From Macrostomum hystrix (lineage: Eukaryota > Animalia > Platyhelminthes), in assembly GCA_950097015.1 (NCBI GenBank), contig CATNEN010000001.1, positions 4,526,001 through 4,590,000 on the forward strand: a stretch of DNA of 64,000 nt, given 5' to 3'. Under the pieces are notes generated by a model. The model had not been told where the DNA came from, made no database searches, and saw only the letters and a program-made list of their open reading frames with translations. The first letter of the stretch is position 1. Each line of letters starts with the position of its first letter. The translations under genes were made by a program, and so were the position numbers. Below are positions 11,890 to 25,915 of this stretch, one piece after another.

Positions 11890-14885
11890 TCCTCTGATTC
11901 TCAATATTTCTCATTTTCAATCTTTCCCATTCTCAATCTTTCTCATACTCAATCTTTCTCATTTTCAATATTTCTCATTTTCAATATTTCTCATTTTCAA
12001 TCTTTCTCATTTTCAACCTTTCTCATTTTCAACCTTTCTCATTTTCAATCCTTCTCATACTCAATCTTTCTCATACTCAATCTTTCTCATACTCAATCTT
12101 TCTCATACTCAATTTTTCTCATACTCAATCTTTCTCATACTCAATCTTTCTCATTTTCAATCTTTCTCATTCTCAATCTTTCTCATTATCAATCTTTCTC
12201 ATACTGAATCTTTCTCATTTTTAATCTTTCTCTTTTTCAATCTTTCTCATACTCAATCTTTCTCATTCTCAATCTTTCCCATTCTCAATCTTTCTCATTT
12301 TCAATCTTTCCCATTCTCAATCTTTCCCATTCTCAATCTTTCTCATTTTCAATCTTTCTCATACTCAATCTTTCCCATTCTCAATCTTTCTCATTTTCAA
12401 TCTTCCCATTCTCAATCTTTCTCATTCTCAATCTTTCCCATTCTCAATCTTTCCCATTCTCAATCTTTCTCATTTTCAATCTTTCTCATACTCAATCTTT
12501 CCCATTCTCAATCTTTCTCATTTTCAATCTTCCCATTCTCAATCTTTCTCATTTTCAATCTTTCTCATACTCAATCTTTCTCATTTTCAATCTTTCTCAT
12601 ACTCAATCTTTCTCATACTCAATATTTCTCATTTTCAATCTTTCTCATACTCAATTTTTCTCATATTCAATCTTTCTCATTCTCAATCTTTCTCATTATC
12701 AATCTTTCTCATACTCAATCTTTCTCATACTCAATCTTTCTCATACTCAATCTTTCTCATACTCAATCTTTCTCATTTTCAATCTTTCTCATTCTCAATC
12801 TTTCTCATACTCAATCTTTCTCATTTTCAATCTTTCTCATTCTCAATTTTTCTCATTCTCAATCTTTCTCATTATCAATCTTTCTCATACTGAATCTTTC
12901 TCATTTTTAATCTTTCTCTTTTTCAATCTTTCTCATACTCAATCTTTCTCATTCTCAATCTTTCCCATTCTCAATCTTTCTCATTTTCAATCTTCCCATT
13001 CTCAATCTTTCTCATTTTCAATCTTTCTCATTTTCAATCTTTCTCATACTCAATCTTTCTCATTTTCAATCTTTCTCATACTCAATCTTTCTCATACTCA
13101 ATATTTCTCATTTTCAATCTTTCTCATACTCAATTTTTCTCATATTCAATCTTTCTCATTCTCAATCTTTCTCATTATCAATCTTTCTCATACTCAATCT
13201 TTCTCATACTCAATCTTTCTCATACTCAATCTTTCTCATACTCAATCTTTCTCATTTTCAATCTTTCTCATTCTCAATCTTTCTCATTATCAATCTTTCT
13301 CATACTCAATCTTTCTCATACTCAATTTTTCTCATACTCAATCTTTCTCATACTCAATCTTTCTCATTTTCAATCTTTCTCATTCTCAATCTTTCTCATT
13401 TTCAATCTTTCTCATACTCAATCTTTCCCATTCTCAATCTTTCTCATTTTCAATCTTCCCATTCTCAATCTTTCTCATACTCAATCTTTCTCATTCTCAA
13501 TCTTTCCCATTCTCAATCTTTCTCATTTTCAATCTTCCCATTCTCAATCTTTCTCATTTTCAATCTTTCTCATTTTCAATCTTTCTCATTCTCAATCTTT
13601 CTCATTATCAATCTTTCTCATACTCAATCTTTCTCATACTCAATTTTTCTCATACTCAATCTTTCTCATACTCAATCTTTCTCATTTTCAATCTTTCTCA
13701 TTCTCAATCTTTCTCATTATCAATCTTTCTCATACTGAATCTTTCTCATACTCAATTTTTCTCATACTCAATCTTTCTCATACTCAATCTTTCTCATTAT
13801 CAATCTTTCTCATTTTCAATCTTTCTCATACTCAATCTTTCTTATTTTCAATCTTTCTCATTCTCAATCTTTCTCATTATCAATCTTTCTCATACTCAAT
13901 CTTTCTCATACTCAATCTTTCTCATACTCAATCTTTCTCATACTCAATCTTTCTCATACTCAATCTTTCTCATACTCAATTTTTCTCATACTCAATCTTT
14001 CTCATACTCAATCTTTCTCATTTTCAATCTTTCTCATACTCAATCTTTCTCATACTCAATTTTTCTCATACTCAATCTTTCTCATACTCAATCTTTCTCA
14101 TACTCAATCTTTCTCATACTCAATCTTTCTCATACTCAATTTTTCTCATTATCAATCTTTCTCATACTCAATCTTTCTCATACTCAATCTTTCTCATTTT
14201 CAATCTTTCTCATACTCAATTTTTCTCATACTCAATCTTTCTCATACTCAATCTTTCTCATTTTCAATCTTTCTCATTCTCAATCTTTCTCATTATCAAT
14301 CTTTCTCATACTCAATCTTTCTCATACTCAATTTTTCTCATACTCAATCTTTCTCATACTCAATCTTTCTCATACTCAATCTTTCTCATACTCAATTTTT
14401 CTCATACTCAATCTTTCTCATACTCAATCTTTCTCATTTTCAATCTTTCTCATACTCAATCTTTCTCATACTCAATTTTTCTCATACTCAATCTTTCTCA
14501 TACTCAATCTTTCTCATACTCAATCTTTCTCATTTTCAATCTTTCTCATACTCAATCTTTCTCATACTCAATTTTTCTCATACTCAATCTTTCTCATACT
14601 CAATCTTTCTCATTTTCAATCTTTCTCATACTCAATCTTTCTCATACTCAATCTTTCTCATACTCAATCTTTCTCATACTCAATATTTCTTATTTTCAAT
14701 CTTTGTCATACTCAATCTTTCTCATTTTCAATCTTTCTCATTTTCAATATTTCTCATACTCAATCTTTCTCATACTCAATCTTTCTCATACTCAATCTTT
14801 CTCATACTCAATCTTTCTCATACTCAATCTTCTCATACTCAATCTTTCTCATACTCAATCTTTCTAATTTTCAATCTTTCTCTTT
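11890..14885. repeat. 16-bp minisatellite (TCAATCTTTCTCATAC and variants)n, ~3 kb
   Basis: Direct reading. Confidence 0.97.
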
Positions 14886-15284
14886 CCTCAATCGAGACAT
14901 TCCAATCCCAATAAAATCTCTTGCTAAGCATCGAGTGGGAAAATTGGGACAATGCAAGCAGAATTAGTCTCCCAATGAGTAATAAGTTGCTCAGAAATGG
15001 TTAAGAGGATTGGAAAACCATTAGGTCCAGAATCCCTAGAAATCCTTAAAAGTACTCGTCATTTTAGCTGTTGAGTCGGGGCATTCTCAATCAAAGTCTT
15101 TCAGGTGGGTGGAGCATCGAATTAGAAATGCCTTTGTACGATTATTGCCTAATTACCTAGGGAAAGTAGTTGATTACCTTGAACACCAATCCGGGCACAA
15201 ATCAGCCCCGCATGCATCGGCCTCTTTTCTGGTCCGACTAATTCATCCTTAAATATTCTTACCTAATCGTCTCGTTACCTTTCA

Positions 15285-17445
15285 CCTGTCTCTTTGTTGT
15301 CCATGTCTTCTCTCACCCTGTCTTCTCTCACCCTGTCTTCTCTCAGCCCATCTTCTCTCCCCGTTTCTTCTCTCACCCTGTCTTCTCTCACCCCATCTTC
15401 TCTCCCCGTTTCTTCTCTCCCCGTGTCTTCTCTCACCCTGTCTTCTCTCCCCGTGTCTTCTCTCACCCTGTCTTCTCTCATCCTGTATTCTCTCCTCGTG
15501 TCTTCTCTCACCCTGTCTTCTCTCACCCTATCTTCTCTCCCCGTGTCTTCTCTCACCCTGTCTTCTCTCACCCTGTCTTCTCTCCTCGTGTCTTCTCTCA
15601 CCCTGTCTTCTCTCACCCTATCTTCTCTCCCCGTGTCTTCTCTCACCCTATCTTCTCTCCCCGTGTCTTCTCTCACCCTGTCTTCTCTCACCCTATCTTC
15701 TCTCCCCGTGTCTTCTCTCCCCGTGTCTTCTCTCCCCGTGTTTTCTCTCCCCGTGTCTTCTCTCCCCGTGTCTTCTCTCCCCGTGTTTTCTCTCCCCGTG
15801 TCTTCTCTCCCCGTGTCTTCTCTCCCTGTGTCTTCTCTCACCCTGTCTTCTCTCCCCGTGTCTTCTCTCACCCTGTCTTCTCTCACCCTGTCTTCTCTCC
15901 CCGTGTCTTCTCTCCCCGTGTCTTCTCTCCCCGTGTCTTCTCTCCCCGTGTCTTCTCTCCCCGTGTCTTCTCTCCCCGTGTCTTCTCTCCACGTGTCTTC
16001 TCTCCCCGTGTCTTCTCTCACCCTGTCTTCTCTCCCCGTGTCTTCTCTCACCCTGTCTTCTCTCATCCTGTATTCTCTCCCCGTGTCTTCTCTCCCCGTG
16101 TCTTCTCTCCCCGTGTCTTCTCTCCCCGTGTCTTCTCTCCCCGTGTCTTCTCTCCCCGTGTCTTCTCTCCCCGTGTCTTCTCTCCCCGTGTCTTCTCTCC
16201 CCGTGTCTTCTCTCCCCGTGTCTTCTCTCCCCGTGTCTTCTCTCACCCTGTCTTCTCTCACCCTGTCTTCTCTCCTCGTGTCTTCTCTCACCCTGTCTTC
16301 TCTCACCCTATCTTCTCTCCCCGTGTCTTCTCTCACCCTATCTTCTCTCCCCGTGTCTTCTCTCACCCTGTCTTCTCTCACCCTATCTTCTCTCCCCGTG
16401 TCTTCTCTCCCCGTGTCTTCTCTCCCCGTGTTTTCTCTCCCCGTGTCTTCTCTCCCCGTGTCTTCTCTCCCTGTGTCTTCTCTCACCCTGTCTTCTCTCC
16501 CCGTGTCTTCTCTCCCTGTGTCTTCTCTCACCCTGTCTTCTCTCCCCGTGTCTTCTCTCCCCGTGTCTTCTCTCCCCGTGTCTTCTCTCCCCGTGTCTTC
16601 TCTCCCCGTGTCTTCTCTCCCCGTGTCTTCTCTCCCCGTGTCTTCTCTCACCCTGTCTTCTCTCCCCGTGTCTTCTCTCACCCTGTCTTCTCTCATCCTG
16701 TATTCTCTCCCCGTGTCTTCTCTCCCCGTGTCTTCTCTCCCCGTGTCTTCTCTCCCCGTGTCTTCTCTCCTCGTGTCTTCTCTCCCCGTGTCTTCTCTCC
16801 CCGTGTCTTCTCTCCCCGTGTCTTCTCTCCCCGTGTCTTCTCTCCCTGTGTCTTCTCTCACCCTGTCTTCTCTCCCCGTGTCTTCTCTCCCCGTGTCTTC
16901 TCTCCCTGTGTCTTCTCTCACCCTGTCTTCTCTCCCCGTGTCTTCTCTCACCCTGTCTTCTCTCATCCTGTATTCTCTCCCCGTGTCTTCTCTCCCCGTG
17001 TCTTCTCTCCCCGTGTCTTCTCTCCCCGTGTCTTCTCTCCCCGTGTCTTCTCTCCCCGTGTCTTCTCTCCCCGTGTCTTCTCTCCCCGTGTCTTCTCTCC
17101 CCGTGTCTTCTCTCCCCGTGTCTTCTCTCCCCGTGTCTTCTCTCCCCGTGTCTTCTCTCCCTGTGTCTTCTCTCACCCTGTCTTCTCTCCCCGTGTCTTC
17201 TCTCCCCATGTCTTCTCTCCCCGTGTCTTCTCTCCCCGTGTCTTCTCTCCCCGTGTCTTCTCTCCCTGTGTCTTCTCTCACCCTGTCTTCTCTCCCCGTG
17301 TCTTCTCTCCCCATGTCTTCTCCCCCCGTGTCTTCTCTCCCCGTGTCTTCTCTCCCCGTGTCTTCTCTCACCCTGTCTTCTCTCCCCATGTCTTCTCTCC
17401 CCGTGTCTTCTCTCCCCGTGTCTTCTCTCACCCTGTCTTCCCTCT
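15285..17445. repeat. 15-bp minisatellite (TCTTCTCTCCCCGTG / TCTTCTCTCACCCTG)n
   Basis: Direct reading; source of the spurious 718/772-aa ORFs. Confidence 0.97.
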
Positions 17446-17643
17446 TTTTCCCGATCTCCCGTCTCTTTTCCCCTTGTCTTCTTCTACCATATTTTGTCCA
17501 TCAAGGTCTCACCCTGTCACATCGCCTAGTCTTCTCTCCCTCTGTCCTTCAGTCGCAAAAGTTAATTAAAATTCTCGGTGCCCAAATTGTAACACGCAGT
17601 AAATTAGCATGATCGATCATCCAACTGTTCTACCCACCCGCAG

Positions 17644-18052
17644 GTACACAGTCCAATGCGTCCTACCTATAAATCATTTCGTCGAGAAGGTCTACATATT
17701 CCTTTGGTTCTGGTTCATTCTGCTAGCGGGATTAACCCTGCTGAGCACTTTCTACTGGGTGATTAAGACCCTAATCCCATCTAGCCGGATCGCGTTCATT
17801 AAGCAGTACCTGCGCGCAATGAAGCTAATCTCGAATACGGAAGAAAGAGATTGCGCAAAATTTGTCAACTACAGTCTGGGAGCCGACGGAGTGTTCATCC
17901 TACAGGCTGTATCTAATTTAGCTAGCGATCTCATTGCTCTGGATGTGGCCACAACTATGTGGAAAAATTATAGACAAGCAAAAATTACTGGCACAGAGGA
18001 AGATATTAACCGACTATTGGAGTCCGTTAATCGAGGCAGCAGCTCCGTTTGA
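17644..18052 (+). CDS. inx: Innexin A, coding exon 3 (TM4 + C-terminus); full protein 404 aa
   Basis: Acceptor CCGCAG|; YTVQCVLPINHFVEKVYIFLWFWF and FVNYSLGADGVFIL motifs; stop TGA; spliced CDS 1215 nt. Confidence 0.95.
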
Positions 18053-18284
18053 ATCCGCGCGAAATTCCGAAATTAGAAAATTAAAACAAAAATATGAAGA
18101 AATATTTTGGCCGATTATATTTTCCAGTGTATTATTTGTTGATATAAATGTATAATGTAAATAGCAATCTTGAGTTACATGTTCTGTTTAAAAGTATTTT
18201 TGCTTTCCTAATACCTGTTCCTTTGTATTAAACTTTCTGTTAGATTATTGCCTGCTTTCGATTCTTAAGGGTGCCAGTTGACTT

Positions 18285-19500
18285 TCTAGACACAGGGAAA
18301 CTAAACCTGTTAGACACAGGGAAACTAAACCTGTTAGACACACGGAAACTAAACCTGTTAGACACACGGAAACTAAACCTGTTAGACACAGGGAAACTAA
18401 ACCTGTTAGACACACGGAAACTAAACCTGTTAGACACAGGGAAACTAAACCTGTTAGACACACGGAAACTAAACCTGTTAGACACAGGGAAACTAAACCT
18501 GTTAGACACAGGGGTAACTAAAACTTGTTAGACACATGGGATAAACATTTTAGACACATGAGTCCCGAACATGCTAGACACAGGAGTACTGAACCTGTTA
18601 AACACATGAGTCCCGAACATGTTAGACACAGGAGTACTGAACCTGTTAAACACATGAGTCCCGAACATGTTAGACACAGGAGTACTGAACCTGTTAGACA
18701 CAGGAGTACCGAACCTGTTAGACACAGGAGTACTGAACCTGTTAGACACATGAGTCCCGAACATGTTAGACACAGGAGTACCGAACCTGTTAGACACATG
18801 AGTCCCGAACATGTTAGACACAGGAGTACTGAACCTGTTAGACGCAGGAGTACCGAACCTGTTAGACACAGGAGTACTGAACCTGTTAGACACAGGAGTA
18901 CCGAACCTGTTAGACACATGAGTCCCGAACATGTTAGACACAGGAGTACTGAACCTGTTAGACACATGAGTCCCGAACATGTTAGACACAGGAGTACCGA
19001 ACCTGTTAGACACATGAGTCCCGAACATGTTAGACACAGGAGTACTGAACCTGTTAGACGCAGGAGTACCGAACCTGTTAGACACAGGAGTACTGAACCT
19101 GTTAGACACAGGAGTACTGAACCTGTTAGACAGAGGAGTACTGAACCTGTTAGACACAGGAGTACCGAACCTGTTAGACACAGGAGTACCGAACCTGTTA
19201 GACACAGGAGTACCGAACCTGTTAGACACATGAGTCCCGAACATGTTAGACACAGGAGTACTGAACCTGTTAGACACAGGAGTACCGAACCTGTTAGACA
19301 CAGGAGTACCGAACCTGTTAGACACAGGGGTACTGAACATGTTAGACACAGGGGTACTGAACCTGTTAGACACAGGAGTACTGAACCTGTTAGACACAGG
19401 GGTACTGAACATGTTAGACACAGGAGTACTGAACCTGTTAGACACAGGGGTACTGAACATGTTAGACACAGGGGTACTGAACATGTTAGACACAGGGGTA
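18285..19500. repeat. 24-bp minisatellite (CTGTTAGACACAGGAGTACTGAAC and variants)n
   Basis: Direct reading; a GGAAACTAAAC variant block is followed by GAGTACTGAAC/GAGTCCCGAAC variants. Confidence 0.96.
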
Positions 19501-19596
19501 CTTAAATTTCCTAGCGGTCTTCTTAAACTTTGACTTAGAGTTTAGCTAGGCAACTTAATAAAGATAGAACTAACAATATTGGTCATAATGTGTCAT

Positions 19597-19875
19597 TGCA
19601 GGACGGCTGCGGGCACATCATTTGGTGACACTAGACCTGCAGCCAGCGAGGAGGCAATTCTGCCCATTTCGCTCCTGAGCACACACACGAACACAGGGTG
19701 TGTACATCTGCCCTGACTTTCTCATCGTCAGGCAGTGTACACTGTCACTGTGCCTTGGAGCTTTGGCCCTCGAGGGCGCGAATTGCATGACACCTAAATT
19801 AACTCCGCTTCGCCGCGGAATCGAGCTTAGGCACCTTGGCGAGATAGGCAAGCGCGTTAGCCAGCTCTGACACTT
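19597..19875 (-). mobile_element. tRNA-derived SINE family A
   Basis: Homologous to 1-235 and 54728-55057; degenerate A/B-box head at the right end. Confidence 0.85.
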
Positions 19876-22754
19876 AGCCCCTTGAAACAAAGAACTAACT
19901 AAACGAAAAATTTCTAGGCACCCATGCAGGCCAACTGTCTCGCGCGAGTCTAAATTTATCCAGGGATTAAGGGATATTATTTAAAATAATTGCAGCTCAG
20001 AAATTGCTTACCTGCCGCTAGGCATAATTGCATGCTAGGCAAAGCATGTGATGTCCCACTCTTATTCTCGAGCGTATGAATCTTTGTTATGCAATATGAC
20101 TATGCAAAGCTTTTAACTGCATCCATGCTAATATAACTCGTATTTTGTTATAATATTGTCCATGCGACTCACAGAAATACCTCAAGATTTTTTGTCGCGA
20201 TTCCGATGTCTTTACGATAAAAAATTCCCAAGATTATAGAAACATATTTTGCTATTTATCTAGACAATTTATGATTGATTTGATTTTTTTAAACACACAA
20301 AGCACGCACTTTTATTGTAATCTGCGAAATAAATGTAAATTTGGAGATATGTTTTACACTATTTTATATTGCACACCTGGTTAGTTTAAATGACAGATTT
20401 TCATACATTACTGGAAAAAGATTTATAGTCCACTTGTGAAATTCTGCATTATGACTGTCCATTCGCAACATATTAGTGCACAATTATTCTATCAAAGCAT
20501 TGTTGTAAATTATTATCTTTATCATTACTGAAAACTTCATAACTTTAATAAAAACTGTGGTCACAGGTCTAACAGTATATATGTAGTGCTTTAGTAAAAC
20601 GTTGGAACGATGCTAAAAGAGGAATGATCCACGAATATCCTGACTAAACTACTTTTGAGTAATGACAATTGCTGCTAGAAGTATTTTACTAATAGCCGTT
20701 GTTAGTTAATGAAAAATAATTTTTTTATCTGTACGAGCTTTAAATCATTTTTAGGAATGATAAAAATGCCGGATTTTTGCCAATCTCAGTTTTATGTTTT
20801 GTTAATCTTTTGCGGAGAAAAATAAATTGACAAAATTAAAATTCAGTTTTGTAAATTTAATTTCATCTTTTTCAAAATGCATCAAATGTATAACAATGTT
20901 TTTTACCAAAATTAATCAGCTTTTAATTAATTGGAATTAAGGATTCCTAACGATAAGCAGTCTAGCAAAAGACAAGATATTGCGCACAATAAGTTTCTTA
21001 TAACTTCCGCATTTGTTTTTACTCGTACTAGCTAATTTATTGCAAATCGAATGTTTCATATGTAATAATTGATAAACAAACATTTACTACATACGTTTAC
21101 GTCAATTAGATTAGAAAAAAGTTACTTCTGTCCAAATATACATAAAACATAAATGTATGTAACCGAGTTAAAATAGTTTTTTTGACGTAAATGGACCTCT
21201 GGTTTTAAATGAAATAACGAATGAATACATGTTTCCAAGAAGCTTAGTTTGTTTAAATGCTTAGTTTGCACACGTGCCATAATTTTTTACGATTTTAGCA
21301 GTCAATAATATTTAACATTTTACTTTCCATTACTGGTTGTACGCTCGTAACACATGTGTCTCTAGAAACTTTATGGTCAAGCAAAAAAGGAAATATTGGG
21401 TAGCTAATCGTGCCTTGAGCAGATTTTAGGAAAATTCTGCTTTTTGTTTGCCGCATAGTCTACTTGACTTAGTAGTAGTAGAGCGTCGAGGAAAAATGTT
21501 CGAAATTAATTTTTCTCCACTCACCAACTCCACTGTCACCCACCCCAAAGTCACCCACTCAACTGTCACCCACCCCAACTGTCACCCACCCCACTGTCAC
21601 CAAACCAACGGCCACCCACGCAATCACCACAGCCCTCGCCCAAGATTTACTGAGAAAGTAAATAATCTCAAGTCACCCAGCCCTAAACATATACTTCAAT
21701 AAACTTCATTTTAGATCACAGTCGCTAGCCTCCAGTGGTCGAGTCAGCATTCGCTAAAGCACCATTAACTTTGACTCGGTAAGTTAATTTACAAATTTTA
21801 AATTTAACACAAAAGAGTTTTTTACATAGGCGAGAGGTGGTCGGTTGGTAGACACTGGGTAGAGAAGGCTTTCGCAAGCAGTGAAGACAGTGAAAACGTA
21901 GCAGTCTTTGAAGGCATAGAAATGCAGAATTATTGCTTTGATTTCACTGATTACAGAAAATTACAGGAAAATGGACTGATAATTAGCGACTATGATGAGG
22001 TGGGCTATGGTATGTCAGATTTTGACAATGTTGACTTTCACGTTATAGCAGTGTGAGATTGCTGAGTTGTACTCAAGAACAAGTGCAACTTCTCATATGT
22101 CCCAAATAGTTCATGGATTAAGGCCAATAGACCAATCCCAAGCATCCAGTCCTTAACCAATCCACTCCTATCTTGGTTCATAGGTACTCTCTCTCTCAGT
22201 CCTCCCCTATGACTAGATCGCTGTACTAGTCCGTCCATATAGATTGTATGATTGAAATATCTACCTAGAGTCAGAGGAGTTACACGTTTGGGCTAGAAAT
22301 CATTTTTCCTCCGCTATATAATTAATAGCCTATTTACCTTCGCAAGTGTGCACAGAGTCAGACAGTTGAACAGATTTTCCAGTAAACAATAATAGCTTGT
22401 TACGCAGATAAAAGTCCAGAATTGAAAAGAAAATTACAAAACAACTTTTCATATGCTCCTAGTGCCTATAATTTTGTGTTAAAAGCGATTTAAGCTATTG
22501 TCAATTTGTTAATTTACGATTAGTTTAACAGACAAGGACATCAAGGTGGCATTGAGAAAAGAAGGTAACAAGCATGCATTTTATAAGTTAATTTACCTGT
22601 GAAATGGAGAAATTTGTTCGAATCCCTTTGAAACACAAAAACACTAATTGACTTCTTTTATTTATTATTCCAGTCATATCTTTGTCGTTTAAAAGCTAAT
22701 AACGTCAGCCAATCATAAGCGAACTCTTAGAGGCATGGTGTTAATGACCTGAGA

Positions 22755-23340
22755 TGGGGTGAGAGATAAAAAACCCCACCCAAAGCCCAAACAAGAGCGC
22801 CACCTCACGCCTCGGAATAAGATAAGGAGAGACACTTCAGACCGAGGGTGAGAGATTCAAACCCCACCCATACGCCCAAACAAGAGCGCCACCTCACGCC
22901 TCGGAATAAGATAAGGAGAGACACTTCAGACCGAGGGTGAGAGATTCAAACCCCACCCTTACGCCCAAACAAGAGCGCCACCTCACGCCTCGGAATAAGA
23001 TAAGGAGAGACACTTCGTACCGAGGGTGAGAGATTCAAACCCCACCCATACGCCCAAACAAGAGCGCCACCTCACGCCTCGGAGTAAGATAAGGAGAGAC
23101 ACTTCAGACCGAGGGTGAGAGATTCAAACCCCAACAATACGCCCAAACAAGAGCGCCACCTCACGCCTCGGAATAAGATAAGGAGAGACACTTCGTACCG
23201 AGGGTGAGAGATTCAAACCCCACCCATACGCCCAAACAAGAGCGCCACCTCACGCCTCAGAATAAAATAAGGAGAGACACTTCAGACCGAGGGTAAGAGA
23301 CTCAAATCCTAGCCCAAAAAGGCACCATCTCACGCCACAA
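22755..23340. repeat. 89-bp tandem repeat (~6.5 copies) immediately upstream of innexin B
   Basis: ACAAGAGCGC recurs at 22791, 22880, 22969 and onward with period 89. Confidence 0.95.
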
Positions 23341-23500
23341 GGTACGAGTAAACCATGCACCAAAGCCAAAAAACATTAAAACCACACGAGCAGGTCAGGT
23401 TCGGGACGTCCTCTTTGCTGGATATCACCACAAGGAGGGCTACGGTTCGCATCACCAAAGCGGCGGAGGCGGCGGACGCGGTCAAGGTCACGAAGGCGGC

Positions 23501-23657
23501 ATGGACGCCACGTTTATGTGGAAACTGTCCAAATTGGGACGCATCGGATCATCTAAGCTGAGATTTGACGACGACTTTGCTGACAGGCTCAACTATCAGT
23601 TCACGGGTGTTATTCTATTTCTGTTCATTGGCCTAATTGGAATTAGACAATATGTTG
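23501..23657 (+). CDS. inx: Innexin B, coding exon 1 (not in the ORF track); the frame is open further upstream
   Basis: MDATFMWKLSKLGRIGSSKLRFDDDFADRLNYQFTGVILFLFIGLIGIRQYVG; donor G|GTGAGT, phase 1, same position as in innexin A. Confidence 0.92.
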
Positions 23658-23689
23658 GTGAGTAAAACTAATAATGTTGGGGAATGAAG

Positions 23690-24535
23690 TTTTTTGGGGT
23701 CTGAACTTGGTGAGGTGTGAAGTTTAGAGGAGTCTGAACTTGGTGAGGTGTGAAGTTTAGAGGAGTCTTAACTGTGTGAGGTGTGAAGTTTAGAGGAGTC
23801 TTAACTGTGTGAGGTGTGAAGTTTAGAGGAGTCTGAACTGGGTGAGGTGTGAAGTTTAGAGGAGTCTGAACTCGGTGAGGTGTGAAGTTTAGAGGAGTCT
23901 GAACTTGGTGAGGTGTGAAGTTTAGAGGAGTCTGAACTTGGTGAGGTGTGAAGTTTAGAGGAGTCTGAACTTGGTGAGGTGTGAAGTTTAGAGGAGTCTG
24001 AACTTGGTGAGGTGTGAAGTTTAGAGGAGTCTGAACTCGGTGAGGTGTGAAGTTTAGAGGAGTCTGAACTTGGTGAGGTGTGAAGTTTAGAGGAGTCTGA
24101 ACTCGGTGAGGTGTGAAGTTTAGAGGAGTCTTAACTGTGTGAGGTGTGAAGTTTAGAGGAGTCTGAACTGGGTGAGGTGTGAAGTTTAGAGGAGTCTGAA
24201 CTTGGTGAGGTGTGAAGTTTAGAGGAGTCTGAACTCGGTGAGGTGTGAAGTTTAGAGGAGTCTTAACTGTGTGAGGTGTGAAGTTTAGAGGAGTCTGAAC
24301 TGGGTGAGGTGTGAAGTTTAGAGGAGTCTGAACTTGGTGAGGTGTGAAGTTTAGAGGAGTCTGAACTTGGTGAGGTGTGAAGTTTAGAGGAGTCTTAACT
24401 GTGTGAGGTGTGAAGTTTAGAGGAGTCTGAACTGGGTGAGGTGTGAAGTTTAGAGGAGTCTGAACTTGGTGAGGTGTGAAGTTTAGAGGGGTCTGAACTC
24501 GGTGAGGTGTGAAGTTTAGAGGGGTCTGAACTTCG
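23690..24535. repeat. 33-bp minisatellite (GAGGAGTCTGAACTTGGTGAGGTGTGAAGTTTA)n
   Basis: Direct reading; starts ~30 bp after the donor. Confidence 0.96.
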
Positions 24536-25052
24536 CGAGTTTTGAAGGTTGATCAATAATTGATTAGATCTAGATGCTGCAGGATCTGAAAATCATTAAC
24601 GTGGCACTGACTTTAATTCAATGCGCTTTTAACTTAAAATCAAGAGATAATACAGAGTTAAGATGTAACTAGCCTAACCCTTTGATTATTACCAGTATGA
24701 GAGCAGTTGCTATGTAAAAATTGGGTAGATTTGAAAAGTAAATAATCAACCAGTTTTTGTATCTAGTAGGACAATGCAAAAATACGTCCCATCATCTTAG
24801 ATATTAGACTAACAAGATTAATAAAACCTGAACTATCAAGAAAATCTACATATAACTAATTCAATCGTGACAGCTACATCCTAACACTGCACCTAATTAA
24901 ATTGATGCCCGATGCCCGAACTGCAACTGTAGCAGCTGACTTTGTGAAGGGGTATACATTTTTGAAAAAGTTTACAAAAAAGCTGACATCTAATGAAAAG
25001 AAGGGAAAACAAGAAGATGTAATGCAGTGTTATAATTTGAATGGAAAATTTA

Positions 25053-25915
25053 CATCCTACCCTACCCTATCCTATCCTATCCTACCCTATCCAATCCTAT
25101 CCAATCCTATCCTATCCTATCCTATCCTATCCTATTCTATCCTATCCTATCCTATCCTATCCTATCCTACCCTACCCTATCCTATCCTATCCTATCCTAT
25201 CCTATCCTACCCTACCCTATCCTATCCTATCCTATCCTATCCTGTACTATCCTATCCTATCCTATCCTATCCTATCCTATCCTGTACTATCCTGTACTAT
25301 CCTATCCTATCCTATCCTATCCTATCCTGTACCATCCTATCCTATCCTATCCTATCCTATCCTATCCTATCCTATCCTATCCTATCCTATCCTATCATAT
25401 ACTATCCTATACTATCCTATCCTATCCTATCCTATCCTATCCTGTACTATCCTATCCTATCCTATCCTATCCTATCCTATCCTATCCTATCCTGTACTAT
25501 CCTATCCTATCCTATCCTATCCTATCCTATCCTTTCCTATCCTATCCTATCCTATCCTATCCTATCCTATCCTATCCTATCCTATCCTATCCTGAACTAT
25601 CCTATCCTATCCTATCCTATCCTATCCTATCCTTTCCTATCCTATCCTGTACTATCCTATCCTATCCTATCCTATCCTATCCTATCCTATCCTGTACTAT
25701 CCTATCCTGTACTATCCTATCCTATCCTATCCTTTCCTATCCTATCCTGTACTATCCTATCCTATCCTATCCTATCCTATCCTATCCTATCCTATCCTAT
25801 CCTATCCTGTACTATCCTATCCTATCCTATCCTATCCTATCCTATCCTATCCTATCCTATCCTGTACTATCCTATCCTATCCTATCCTATCCAATACTAT
25901 CCTATCCTATCCAAC
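25053..25915. repeat. (CCTAT)n pentanucleotide satellite
   Basis: Direct reading. Confidence 0.97.

Noticed and set aside
15275-17612. 718-aa (REDTG)n and 772-aa (SSLPV)n ORFs, and similar long ORFs at 5092-6561, 11873-12910, 18525-19505, 24902-25918, 28218-29161, 43905-44763, 45528-46918 and 48347-49267
   Set aside because: They are translations of stop-free tandem repeats lying in introns or intergenic DNA, with no domain content or splice support.
21510-21870. Possible MITE with C-rich left arm repeats (ACTGTCACCCACCC) and a G-rich right arm
   Set aside because: TIRs are too degenerate and no TSD could be identified.
22755-23340. CRISPR-like array
   Set aside because: Whole 89-bp units repeat with no unique spacers; no cas genes; eukaryotic context.
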